NCBI GenBank assembly: GCA_964637135.1
Contig: CAZWTX010000006.1
Span: 1 to 64,000 of the forward strand
DNA length: 64,000 nt
Direction of reading: 5' to 3'
From: an uncultured Methanospirillum sp.
GTDB taxonomy: Archaea; Halobacteriota; Methanomicrobia; Methanomicrobiales; Methanospirillaceae
Shown here piece after piece: positions 1 to 9,135 of the stretch. Numbering within the stretch: the first letter of the stretch is position 1; the number at the start of each line of letters is the position of its first letter. The position numbers were made by a program, and so were the translations under genes. A model generated the notes under the pieces. The model ran no database searches, had not been told where the DNA came from, and worked only from the letters and a program-made list of their open reading frames with translations.

Positions 1-63
1 GCGGAGCGGCCACGCGGTTGACTGCAGATCAACTATACTCCGGTTCAAATCCGGATCTTGGCT
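1..63 (+). tRNA. tRNA-Cys(GCA), 5' end cut off by the window edge
   Basis: Anticodon arm GTTGA-CTGCAGA-TCAAC (anticodon GCA); T-arm TCCGG-TTCAAAT-CCGGA; acceptor 3' strand TCTTGGC plus U discriminator; no encoded CCA. Confidence 0.93.
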
Positions 64-65
64 CT

Positions 66-188
<123 letters not shown>

Positions 189-269
189 TTTAATGAAAAT
201 TACTCTTGTTATTGTCAACGATTGAGCATCAGGCTCTGTTCCGGGTCATACCCGTGTATCGTATTTACT

Positions 270-297
270 ATTTTCAGGTTTTTTGGTTTTTATTTTA
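270..297 (+). terminator. Oligo-T tract, possible archaeal terminator of the stable-RNA transcript
   Basis: T-rich run TTTTCAGGTTTTTTGGTTTTTATTTT downstream of the 5S gene. Confidence 0.35.
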
Positions 298-328
298 CCG
301 TTTGTGATGGGATAGCATCATGGCCAGA

Positions 329-1423
329 TCATGCCTGTCTTGGTTCTCCATTCCAGTCGTCAGGTTTTCTCTCTTTGTTCCAGTCCCAAAAAACCTCCCT
401 GAGCATGCCCGAGTCTTCGATCCGCATCGTGGTGTTATGAACTGGGTTCGCATCGTTCGGCCAGGCCGCATTCCACCAGGCATATCCGGCAATATACGGC
501 CATCTTCCTGAGAAGAGATCGCTGAACGCTGCATTTGTCCAGAAAACCGGATCGGTTTGGGAATTCCTGATATCGGTTCCCATTTCAGTAACCAGGATCG
601 GGGTTTCAGGGCTCAGGTTTACAAGTGCCGGGTACGCAAAATCCATCATCTCACGAAACGGTTTTCCGGTCTGTGAGTCTGGTGTGAGTGCCCCGTATGC
701 GGAGACGGCAAGGAGATCGATATACTCATCCCCAGGATAATACGACCTGATATCATTCCACGGTTCATCAGGCACGCTGTTCCAGTTGACATGGTATACC
801 CAGAAAACATTATCTGCCCCTTCCTCCCGGAAGATATCTATGATGTGGCGGTATGCCTCGGTGTATCGTTCAGGTCCGTTCACCGACCCGGTCCAGTACC
901 CGTTCCAGGAGAACCACCACCCGTTCACCTCTGTACCGAACTCTGCCAGGATCGGGTACACTCGTCCCTTTGCTTCTCTGGCCCATTCCCTGATCTCTTT
1001 GTCATATGCCCCCTGGATGATCCGGGAGAGGGTAAAAACCGGTTCCGGCTGGTAATGACGATTTGATGACCTGAACATGAGCCGAATATAGGGAACCATC
1101 CCGTTCTTATGGATCATGTCTGCCTGGGTCGCCGGAAAGTCTCTGTTCATACTCCATTCATGCGAAAATATGGCGAAATCAAGATCTTTTCCAGTCGCCT
1201 GACGGTATGATCCAATACTTTCAGCTGTCACATCCATCTCAGAGTGATGGTATTCTACCGGTGCAAAGACACCTTCGAAGAGATCTTCTTTATTTCCTGA
1301 TAATTCTGGTTGAATCCCGTCTGCGACCCCGCATCCGGCAGAAAGGAACCCGGCGGTTATCACGAGGATGAAAAAGGCACACCAGGCGTCTCCCTTATAG
1401 GGTATCCGGAATGATATGACCAT
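329..1423 (-). CDS. Glycoside hydrolase family 26 (beta-mannanase/beta-glucanase-like) lipoprotein
   Basis: EFGTEVNGWWFSW (acid/base Glu), YYPGDEYID, ILVTEMG (nucleophile Glu); hydrophobic N-terminus ending in lipobox LSAGC. Confidence 0.85.
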   Translation of the reverse strand: MVISFRIPYKGDAWCAFFILVITAGFLSAGCGVADGIQPELSGNKEDLFEGVFAPVEYHHSEMDVTAESIGSYRQATGKDLDFAIFSHEWSMNRDFPATQADMIHKNGMVPYIRLMFRSSNRHYQPEPVFTLSRIIQGAYDKEIREWAREAKGRVYPILAEFGTEVNGWWFSWNGYWTGSVNGPERYTEAYRHIIDIFREEGADNVFWVYHVNWNSVPDEPWNDIRSYYPGDEYIDLLAVSAYGALTPDSQTGKPFREMMDFAYPALVNLSPETPILVTEMGTDIRNSQTDPVFWTNAAFSDLFSGRWPYIAGYAWWNAAWPNDANPVHNTTMRIEDSGMLREVFWDWNKERKPDDWNGEPRQA

Positions 1424-1528
1424 GCGGATGGATGATGCATTTCGGTTCTCTCCATAACAGCTTTCTGTGAGGTGAAATAACTGGTTCAGTTCCCTGATTT
1501 AACCCCGGTAATTGGTCAGAATGAAACC

Positions 1529-2629
1529 TTGCATGTCCTCCTTGTCAATGCTGACGTAGACATTGCTTCCCTCCTGAAGTCGCAACTGGAAGCTTCCGGA
1601 CTGATGCAGGTCACGACTGCAGCGAGCGGCAGGAAAGCCCTGGAATGTGTGGAGACCGGCCGGTATGATGCAATCTGTTCTGATTATGATCTCCCTGACA
1701 TGGACGGGATCACCCTTCACCGCCAGCTCCAGCAGCAATCGATCCTCACCCCCTTCATTTTTTATTCTTCTCCCTCGCGGGAAGAATTCAGCCTCCCGGC
1801 CGGCGAGCGTGTTCTCTCGGATTTCTCCCAGAAGATCCGCGAGGCAGTCGAACTCTACCGCACCCGCAACCGGCTCGAACTCTATTCCCGCCACCTGGAA
1901 GAACTCGTTGAAGAGAGAACACGGCAGCTGAAAGAGGCCCAGCGGTTTGCAGTACTTGGGGAACTCTCAACCATGATCGGGCATGATATGAGAAACCCGC
2001 TCCAGGTCATCACGAACCTGAACTATCTGCTCAAGCGGAAAGTGGCGATGATGACTCAGGATGAGGCGGAGATCCTGAACCGGTACGGGATTCCTGAACT
2101 CTTCTCGCGGCTGAATGCCGAGACGCAGTACCTGAACAAGATCGTGTCCGACCTCCAGGATTATGCCCGGGAGGTATCTCCGAAACGGGAACGGATCATC
2201 TTTGAACCATTCATCAGGGAGATCATCGGATCTGTTCCTGGATCGGATGACGTGCAGGTCAGTTTCAGGATTCCTCCCGATCTCGAGGGTTCCGGTGATC
2301 CGTTTCTTCTGAAACGGGTCCTTGTCAATCTCATTACGAATGCCTTTCAGGCGATGGAATCGGGAGGTCTTCTGACCATCGAGGGAGAAGAGACCGGAGA
2401 AGGCATCAAACTGCGTGTCAGGGACACCGGAACGGGGATACCGGCTGAAATCCAGGGACGCATCTTTGAGCCGCTCTTCACGACGAAGTCAAAGGGAACA
2501 GGTCTTGGTCTCCCGGTATCAAAGCGGCTCGTTGAAGTTATGGGAGGATCCCTCAGCCTGATCAGGAGCGATTCGGACGGAACAATCATTGAGATCACTA
2601 TCCCCTATACCATGAAGAGAACGGGATAA
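1529..2629 (+). CDS. Hybrid histidine kinase (degenerate REC-HisKA-HATPase)
   Basis: SDYDLPDMDG receiver segment; H-box GHDMRNPL; N-box NLITNA; G-boxes DTGTGI and KGTGLGL; TTG start, uncertain. Confidence 0.9.
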   Translation: MHVLLVNADVDIASLLKSQLEASGLMQVTTAASGRKALECVETGRYDAICSDYDLPDMDGITLHRQLQQQSILTPFIFYSSPSREEFSLPAGERVLSDFSQKIREAVELYRTRNRLELYSRHLEELVEERTRQLKEAQRFAVLGELSTMIGHDMRNPLQVITNLNYLLKRKVAMMTQDEAEILNRYGIPELFSRLNAETQYLNKIVSDLQDYAREVSPKRERIIFEPFIREIIGSVPGSDDVQVSFRIPPDLEGSGDPFLLKRVLVNLITNAFQAMESGGLLTIEGEETGEGIKLRVRDTGTGIPAEIQGRIFEPLFTTKSKGTGLGLPVSKRLVEVMGGSLSLIRSDSDGTIIEITIPYTMKRTG

Positions 2630-2631
2630 TC

Positions 2632-3066
2632 ATGAAACGAATACTGGTAATAGATGACGATGCAGGCATCGTGGAAAGTATGAGGAATATCCTCGAACTT
2701 GAGGGATACGAGGTGGATACCGCTATGACTGCGCGCGACGGCCTGCAGATGATTCAGGAGTCTTTTTACCATCTCGGCCTTTTTGACATCAAGCTCCCCG
2801 ATATGGACGGGACAGACCTTCTTATCGAAGCTCAAAAGATACGTCCCGGGATGCGCAAGATCATGGTAACCGGCTTTGCCAGCCTTGATAACTCGGTGAA
2901 ATCTTTGAATGAGGGAGCAGATGCCTTCATTCTCAAACCGGTTGATCCGGAAAAACTCCTGGAGGTCGTGAAAGAAAAACTAGACGAACAAGAACGGGAA
3001 TCTGAACTTGATGGTGGAAAGGTTGCTGAATACCTCGAAGAACAACTACTCGGACTGAAGCGCTGA
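2632..3066 (+). CDS. Single-domain response regulator with a C-terminal helical tail
   Basis: ILVIDDD, DIKLPDMDG, MVTG and KP motifs; no DNA-binding domain. Confidence 0.92.
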   Translation: MKRILVIDDDAGIVESMRNILELEGYEVDTAMTARDGLQMIQESFYHLGLFDIKLPDMDGTDLLIEAQKIRPGMRKIMVTGFASLDNSVKSLNEGADAFILKPVDPEKLLEVVKEKLDEQERESELDGGKVAEYLEEQLLGLKR

Positions 3067-3073
3067 ACCTCTT

Positions 3074-5599
3074 ATGCAGCAGATATCAAAGGAAGAACTG
3101 ATCCGGCTGCTCGAAGAGTCCGGTGTTTCTGAAACCTCATCCCTTCGTGATCCGGCAATCACGGCTGAAATACTCCTGACCCAGGCCCACCGGTACAAGA
3201 TACCGATCCCTGAAGAGTTTTACATCCGGCTTGCTGACCGGCTCGGTCTGGCATACATCGATCGGGGTGCTCTTCTCTCCCGGACGGATCTTGGGAAAGT
3301 GCTTCCGTTTACTGTTGAAGAAGAGGCACAGATCGCCCTTCTTGATATCAAACCTACATACATGCGGGTTGCCACGTCAAATCCACTTGATCCCGCGATA
3401 TTTCTCCGGCTGGAATCAACCTTCAGGAAAACCGTTGAGCGGGTGGTTACATCTGCAAGCGCCATCGATGCCTTCGGTGACCAGTCCCATGCTCCCCAGC
3501 AGAGTTACAGTGCACTGATGGAGCTGATGGAACGTCAGCCCGATGAATCCGCATACCGGATCCTCGTTCCCTGGCAGAAATGGGCAATTGTTCTGTTCGG
3601 AATCATCATCCTGCTGTTCATCGTGGTAAATCCCTTCTTTACCGCCTTTGTCCTGTTCACCCTGATCAATATCTCGTACTTCGTCATGAATCCGGTAAAG
3701 TTCTATATCTCGCTGAAAGGGATGGCGAGGACAAAGAAGGTGATCTATGTCACCGACGAGGATCTGAAGGCAATTACCGATGATGAACTGCCAATATACA
3801 CGATCCTTGTTCCTCTCTACCATGAGAGCGAGATGCTCCCGCATGTGATGCTGAATATCTCCCGGCTGGATTATCCGCATGAAAAACTTGATGTAAAGAT
3901 CCTCATGGAGGAGGATGACGAGGAGACCCTTGGCAAGGCAAGAAGACTGGGTCTCTTTGGCAATATCCAGGAGTTCATCTCACCGATGACCATGGACGAG
4001 TATCGCCGGTTCCTCTCAATCTTCCACCCGGTCGTCGTTCCTCATGCCGAGATCAAGACAAAACCTCGTGCCTGTAATTACGGATTGAAACGTTCCCGGG
4101 GGGAGTTTGTGGTCATCTACGATGCCGAAGATTACCCTGAACCAGACCAGCTCAAGAAGGTATACCTTGCCTTCCGGAGAGTTGGAATTGAATATGTATG
4201 CATCCAGTGTCTCCTCAATTTCTACAACCCCCGGAAGAATATGCTGACCCGGTGGTTTTCCATCGAGTATTCGTATTATTACGACTACTACATCCAGGGG
4301 CTTGATATGATCAATGCCCCGATCCCCCTTGGCGGGACGAGCAACCATTTCAGAGTGAGAACCCTGCGGGAACTCGGTGGCTGGGATCCCTTTAACGTGA
4401 CTGAAGATGCCGATCTCGGGATGCGGATCGCCCGTAAAAAATATCGCACCGGGGTTCTGAACTCCCATACCTACGAAGAGGCGGTGGACAATGTACGTTC
4501 CTGGATACGCCAGCGGTCCCGATGGGTAAAGGGATTTGTCATTACCTGGCTGGTCACGATGCGTCATCCGATCAGGGTATTCAGGGATATCGGGCTGAAG
4601 AACTTCATCATCTTTCACCTCGCTTTTGGCGGCAACTTTTACATGCCGACGATGAACATCCCGCTCTGGCTCGTTTTCGGCCTGAGCTTTTTCATTCCTG
4701 CCTTCTTTGCGAGCTGGTTTGATTTCTGGCCGTTTGCGGTTATTGCGGTTTTCAACCTGATCGTTGGAAATCTCTTCTACCTTGTTCTGATGCTGCTTGC
4801 AACGTGGCGGGAGAAACAGTATGACATGCTTATCTACTCGCTCTTCTCTCCGGCATACTGGCTCCTGATGAGTATCGGAGCCTGGAAAGGAATTCTCCAG
4901 TTGCTTCGGGCCCCGTACAAGTGGGAGAAGACGATGCATGGACAGACCTTCATCAACCGGGAACTTGTCGAGGAACACCCTGATGACTTCGCAAGACCGG
5001 TTACCCGGATCGAGGTACCTGTCCCGGATGTGAAGAAAGGGACTGTAAAAGCCACCTTCCCGCAGATTGCCCTCTCACTGGGACTTACCATACTTCTCAT
5101 CCTGCTCTGCCTGACGGTTGTCGGTGTCATCGAGTACGAGCAGGTCCAGGAACACAAATGGGTGTCTGCTGTTCCCGGTCTCTCCCAGGCACTTGAACCG
5201 TGGCAGGCATACCAGGAAGGCAGAGAACCGGATCTTTTCAACGTGGAGGCCATTCCTGGTATCACCCTCACCCCGCCAGCGACCCTGGTTCCGAACCAGA
5301 CTGCACCGGCTCCGATCCCCCGTCCGACAGATATTCATGCCAATCAGCGTGAACCATCACTTCAGGCTGCGTATGATCCCGTCACCGGTCTTATCAGGGT
5401 TTCAGCAGGGGGAAACCTCACACCGGGGGCGGTATATGATATTCATGCACGATACCCGGGCGGAACCGAACTGAACCGGAGTATCAGCCAGACACCCGAA
5501 ATCGTAACACTTCCGGCGGGGGACTATCCGGTACTGGTTGATGTTGTCCGTGTGTATGAGAACGGCGTCAGCGTTCCTGTATTAACGGTTTATCTCTGA
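3074..5599 (+). CDS. Processive GT2 glycosyltransferase with N-terminal MshEN/T2SSE_N-like domain
   Basis: LADRLGLAYID...VATSNPLD N-domain; VPLYHE, KTKPRACNYG, YDAED, TEDADLG and QRSRW (D,D,D,QxxRW); several TM helices; C-terminal Pro-rich extension. Confidence 0.9.
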   Translation: MQQISKEELIRLLEESGVSETSSLRDPAITAEILLTQAHRYKIPIPEEFYIRLADRLGLAYIDRGALLSRTDLGKVLPFTVEEEAQIALLDIKPTYMRVATSNPLDPAIFLRLESTFRKTVERVVTSASAIDAFGDQSHAPQQSYSALMELMERQPDESAYRILVPWQKWAIVLFGIIILLFIVVNPFFTAFVLFTLINISYFVMNPVKFYISLKGMARTKKVIYVTDEDLKAITDDELPIYTILVPLYHESEMLPHVMLNISRLDYPHEKLDVKILMEEDDEETLGKARRLGLFGNIQEFISPMTMDEYRRFLSIFHPVVVPHAEIKTKPRACNYGLKRSRGEFVVIYDAEDYPEPDQLKKVYLAFRRVGIEYVCIQCLLNFYNPRKNMLTRWFSIEYSYYYDYYIQGLDMINAPIPLGGTSNHFRVRTLRELGGWDPFNVTEDADLGMRIARKKYRTGVLNSHTYEEAVDNVRSWIRQRSRWVKGFVITWLVTMRHPIRVFRDIGLKNFIIFHLAFGGNFYMPTMNIPLWLVFGLSFFIPAFFASWFDFWPFAVIAVFNLIVGNLFYLVLMLLATWREKQYDMLIYSLFSPAYWLLMSIGAWKGILQLLRAPYKWEKTMHGQTFINRELVEEHPDDFARPVTRIEVPVPDVKKGTVKATFPQIALSLGLTILLILLCLTVVGVIEYEQVQEHKWVSAVPGLSQALEPWQAYQEGREPDLFNVEAIPGITLTPPATLVPNQTAPAPIPRPTDIHANQREPSLQAAYDPVTGLIRVSAGGNLTPGAVYDIHARYPGGTELNRSISQTPEIVTLPAGDYPVLVDVVRVYENGVSVPVLTVYL

Positions 5600-5847
5600 T
5601 TTCATTGGCCGGAGGGTGATCGTTTACCCTCTCATGACCGCTGAGACGGTAAACCCGGATTGCCTCCCTGAAATTTCACCGGTTGAGAGATCTTGGTTGA
5701 CCATCCTCATTCATATTCATCAGGTTCAGTTATACGCCCGGTAACAATAAAGACAGGGTAAAAAGGAGAGAGCCGTGCGCATATCTTCTGATTGGCCTGA
5801 TCTGATTTGAGGTTATCTGGGAACGGGCGCCTCTCGTTTGGGATAGG

Positions 5848-6156
5848 TTAAAAGGGTGTGACTGGTGATGTAACCACAAACCGGGAGAGGAGCATCAGGA
5901 GGAGCGGTACACAGACGGCGATTATATACAGGGCCTTGATTCCTTTATGAGATATATAATGGCCACAGATGATGCCAACCGCGATCTGAAGAAGTATCGC
6001 GACAAGTATGTCGGTATCAAAACCCGGAACGGTACCGGATGAAAGGAAATCCAGTCCGATCCTGAGAAGTGCCGTGAGCCCGATTGTCATCATGACCCAG
6101 CCCACCAGGGCGAGGAGGAGATCAAGACCGGTACGGATGTGGTTCGCGGAGGCCAT
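5848..6156 (-). CDS. Small hypothetical membrane protein (about 3 TM)
   Basis: Three hydrophobic segments; same strand as and downstream of xseAB. Confidence 0.6.
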   Translation of the reverse strand: MASANHIRTGLDLLLALVGWVMMTIGLTALLRIGLDFLSSGTVPGFDTDILVAILLQIAVGIICGHYISHKGIKALYIIAVCVPLLLMLLSRFVVTSPVTPF

Positions 6157-6198
6157 AGGGATACTCTGTCACGGGATCATGAGAACCTTGCTCCCGGG

Positions 6199-6615
6199 TT
6201 ATCCCATGACATTTGAACTCATCCGCATAACCGTCGCTTCTGCCATCGGGACAACCTGACCAGAACTGATCAGATCATAGTTCTCCGGAGTCATCTCAAG
6301 CGTCATCCGCTTTGTTACCATTATCTCCTTCCCCTTGCCGACGTCACCGATCTCAACGGTACTGCTGACAAACCGGTACTCCGGGAGGTCTTTCGGGGTC
6401 CCGAGAACCAGCAATGTGGATACATCATATGCGTTGTTCGATCCGGTATTTCGCACCGTGAGCAGCACATCGTAGGTAACAGCGCCAGTTGATGGGTCTG
6501 ACGACACCTGAGTGAGGACTGTTTCAAGGGTCAGTTCAGGCTCGGCGTACTGCGAACATCCTGCAGAGAGGAAGAGCCCGATAAGAATCAGGATGATACC
6601 GGTATACCGGATCAT
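6199..6615 (-). CDS. Hypothetical lipoprotein with Ig/CARDB-like fold
   Basis: Signal ending LSAGC; VRNTGSNNA motif; ATGA overlap with the xseB stop. Confidence 0.75.
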   Translation of the reverse strand: MIRYTGIILILIGLFLSAGCSQYAEPELTLETVLTQVSSDPSTGAVTYDVLLTVRNTGSNNAYDVSTLLVLGTPKDLPEYRFVSSTVEIGDVGKGKEIMVTKRMTLEMTPENYDLISSGQVVPMAEATVMRMSSNVMG

Positions 6616-6794
6616 GCCTCATTCCCGAGCTCGGTAATTTTTGCTTCAGCATCGGCAAGCCGTGTTTCGCACTCCTTTATCAGAGCGCTTCCCTGCTCAT
6701 ACAGGGCGATCATCTCATCCAGGCTTGTCTCGCCGTCTTCAATCTTCTTCACGATCTCTTTCAGTTCGGTAATGAGTTCTTCATACTTTTTCAT
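6612..6794 (-). CDS. xseB: Exodeoxyribonuclease VII small subunit
   Basis: YEELITELKEIVKKIEDGETSLDEMIALYEQG...C...L..AE pattern; adjacent to xseA. Confidence 0.95.
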   Translation of the reverse strand: MKKYEELITELKEIVKKIEDGETSLDEMIALYEQGSALIKECETRLADAEAKITELGNEA

Positions 6795-8175
6795 GGGTAT
6801 TCACCATCCTGATAACCGCATCAGCGATCCCGTCCCTGAACCTGAGGAGAACCTGGTCGTCCACTTCAAGGGTTCCTGCCCCTGGCACCGGCCTGCCCTC
6901 TTTCATAACCAGGCAGAATCCCCGGTTCCAGATCGCCTCCGGCCCGCAGGATGCGAGCCGTGCAGCAGTAATCTCGATCTCCATCCGCCTCTTCATGAGC
7001 GATGACCCCGCTGACTGGATGAGTCTGCCGGCAAGGGTGGAAAGGTTCTCCTTCCGTTCAGGGATCTCCCTGGAGAGGATCTGTGCCGGGTTTTTTGCCT
7101 TTATCGCGGTACCAAGCCCGGCCAGGAGAAGGTGTCGCCGTTCGAGAGACCGGGAAGTTGCTCCGCAGAACCGGTCAGAAAGATCAGCGAGATGCTGGTA
7201 CCGGTCAGAAAGGATCCGCTGCATACGATCGCAGGAGATCCTCTCCCTGATGGTATCCGTTGTTTCAAGGCAGGATGCCAGTCTCTCCGTGATCAGGTGC
7301 CGCATCCGCTGTCTCAGATGATGCAGGGATTCCTGCTCAGATTTTCTGTCAGGGATGCTGATCTCAGCTGCATGGGAAGGGGTTGATGCACGGACATCGG
7401 CAGCCATGTCGGCAAGGGTGACATCAACTTCGTGCCCGATGGCAGCAACGACCGGGACCGGGCAGGATGCGATCGCCTCCACGACTGCCGGATGATTGAA
7501 CGGAAAGAGATCCTCAAAACTTCCCCCTCCCCTTCCTACAATGACAAGATCAACGCAATCCCCGATCAGCCGGATTGCACGGGCAATCTCCTCATGAGCG
7601 GCCGGGCCCTGGACTGCTGAGGGGGAGAGGATGATCTCGACGGGAAATCGCCCTGAAGCGACATTCCTGATATCCTGGAGGACGGCACCGGTCCGGGAGG
7701 TGACCACGCCGATCCGTTCCGGGTAGCGGGGGAGGGTTCGTTTACGTTCGGGGGCAAAACACCCTTTTGCCGTCAGTTCACGCCGCCATTCTTCGATCAG
7801 GATTGCCTTCTCTCCTGCTCCGGAAGGCCTGATCTGGGTTACGTTAAAGGAATACCGGCCACCACGCTCGTAGTGCTGTATCGAACCGTATGCCTGCACC
7901 CGCATCCCGTCCTGGGGAGTAAAGGGAAGAAACCGCACGGCCTGTTTCCACATGGTGCAGCTGATTGCTGTTTCTCCCTTTCCGGTCACCTCTGAAAGGG
8001 AGAAGTAGAGATGACCAGAGCTGTGTTTTTTGTAGTTGGTGATCTCACCGGTAACCCAGAGATTTGAAAGGCTCTTGTGGTCAAGAAGAGCGGTGATAAT
8101 CCCGGTGACTTCAGAAACACGGAGGACTCTTGGTCCTTCGGACGGCTCCCACTGGTCAAGGGTCTTCTGTTGCAT
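6781..8175 (-). CDS. xseA: Exodeoxyribonuclease VII large subunit
   Basis: OB-fold WVTGEITN..HSSGHLYFSL; VVTSRTGAVLQDI, GRGGGSFEDL, IGHEVD and STPSHAAE motifs. Confidence 0.95.
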   Translation of the reverse strand: MQQKTLDQWEPSEGPRVLRVSEVTGIITALLDHKSLSNLWVTGEITNYKKHSSGHLYFSLSEVTGKGETAISCTMWKQAVRFLPFTPQDGMRVQAYGSIQHYERGGRYSFNVTQIRPSGAGEKAILIEEWRRELTAKGCFAPERKRTLPRYPERIGVVTSRTGAVLQDIRNVASGRFPVEIILSPSAVQGPAAHEEIARAIRLIGDCVDLVIVGRGGGSFEDLFPFNHPAVVEAIASCPVPVVAAIGHEVDVTLADMAADVRASTPSHAAEISIPDRKSEQESLHHLRQRMRHLITERLASCLETTDTIRERISCDRMQRILSDRYQHLADLSDRFCGATSRSLERRHLLLAGLGTAIKAKNPAQILSREIPERKENLSTLAGRLIQSAGSSLMKRRMEIEITAARLASCGPEAIWNRGFCLVMKEGRPVPGAGTLEVDDQVLLRFRDGIADAVIRMVNTHEKV

Positions 8176-8220
8176 CAGTTCCTGATCGGTTATCTATGCT
8201 CAGGCAGATAATCACTGGTA

Positions 8221-9039
8221 ATGGATCTCTCCTTCTCCAGCATGTTTTTTCATGACTGTACCCTTGAGGAGATAGCACGGGTTCCCCGGGAGGCAGGCAC
8301 TGACAGCTGCGAGTTCTGGCTTGAAACGCCGGATTTCTGGTTGAATGGGCTTGACGAATCACGGTTGTCATCTGTCTTTTCAAAAAACCCTCTTCATTCC
8401 CCGCTCTCGCTTCATGCCCCGGTACTTGATCTCAACCCGTGTTCGATAAATCCTGATGTGGCAGCCGTGTCCGTGACATGGATCGAACGATCAATCGGGA
8501 TGGCATCACGGCTTGGTGCGCAGGTCTGCACGATTCATCCCGGACGGCGTACAGCCCGCCGTCCCCCGACGATCACCGATTACCGGAGACTCGGGGCGAT
8601 GCTGGACCGGATAGAGGAACCTGCCGGTTCTCTCGGAATCCGGGTGGCAATCGAGAACATGGAACCACAGGTGAATGCCCTTCTGACTACTCCTGAAGAG
8701 TTAGGGGCAATTCTCGATGAACGACCGTGGCTATGGTGTACGATAGATGCCTGCCATGTGCGTGATGCCGGAGCCGGACAACTCGATGAGTTCTTCAGCA
8801 TGACTGATGGCAGGGTTGCAAATGTGCATATTTCGGGGGGAGACCGGCAGAAGATGCACCGGCAGGTTACTGGTGACGCCTGGGGGGAGACTGCCCTGAA
8901 CGTTCTTGCAGACAGCGGATATCGTGGACTTGTCACCCTTGAAATCAATGATCTTGTCGTCGATAGCACGATGAACTACCGGGAGAAGGTTGCGGTCATC
9001 AGAAGGGAGATCGATTACATTCGCGGGTTCCTATCGTAA
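8221..9039 (+). CDS. Sugar phosphate isomerase/epimerase / AP endonuclease family 2 TIM-barrel protein
   Basis: SLHAP..DLN, TIHPG, IENM, DACH, HIS and TLE metal-binding motifs. Confidence 0.85.
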   Translation: MDLSFSSMFFHDCTLEEIARVPREAGTDSCEFWLETPDFWLNGLDESRLSSVFSKNPLHSPLSLHAPVLDLNPCSINPDVAAVSVTWIERSIGMASRLGAQVCTIHPGRRTARRPPTITDYRRLGAMLDRIEEPAGSLGIRVAIENMEPQVNALLTTPEELGAILDERPWLWCTIDACHVRDAGAGQLDEFFSMTDGRVANVHISGGDRQKMHRQVTGDAWGETALNVLADSGYRGLVTLEINDLVVDSTMNYREKVAVIRREIDYIRGFLS

Positions 9040-9135
9040 ACAGGTTATTAAGGTCTGACCCGAAATGCTATACAGAATTGTTCCATCCCATTGAATCAGG
9101 GTGGGTTTTGTGCCGTAATCCGGCGTGATCGGGTA

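Noticed and set aside
4016..4978. 320-aa antisense ORF and the many other long antisense or alternate-frame ORFs in the track
   Set aside because: They shadow well-supported genes on the opposite strand or frame and contain no motifs; expected from codon bias at this GC content.
5610..5665. Alternative hairpins (GAGGGT/ACCCTC versus TTTACC.TCTCA/TGAGA.GGTAAA) after the GT2 stop
   Set aside because: They lie between convergent genes with nothing downstream to regulate; short stems compatible with chance or a 3' UTR structure.
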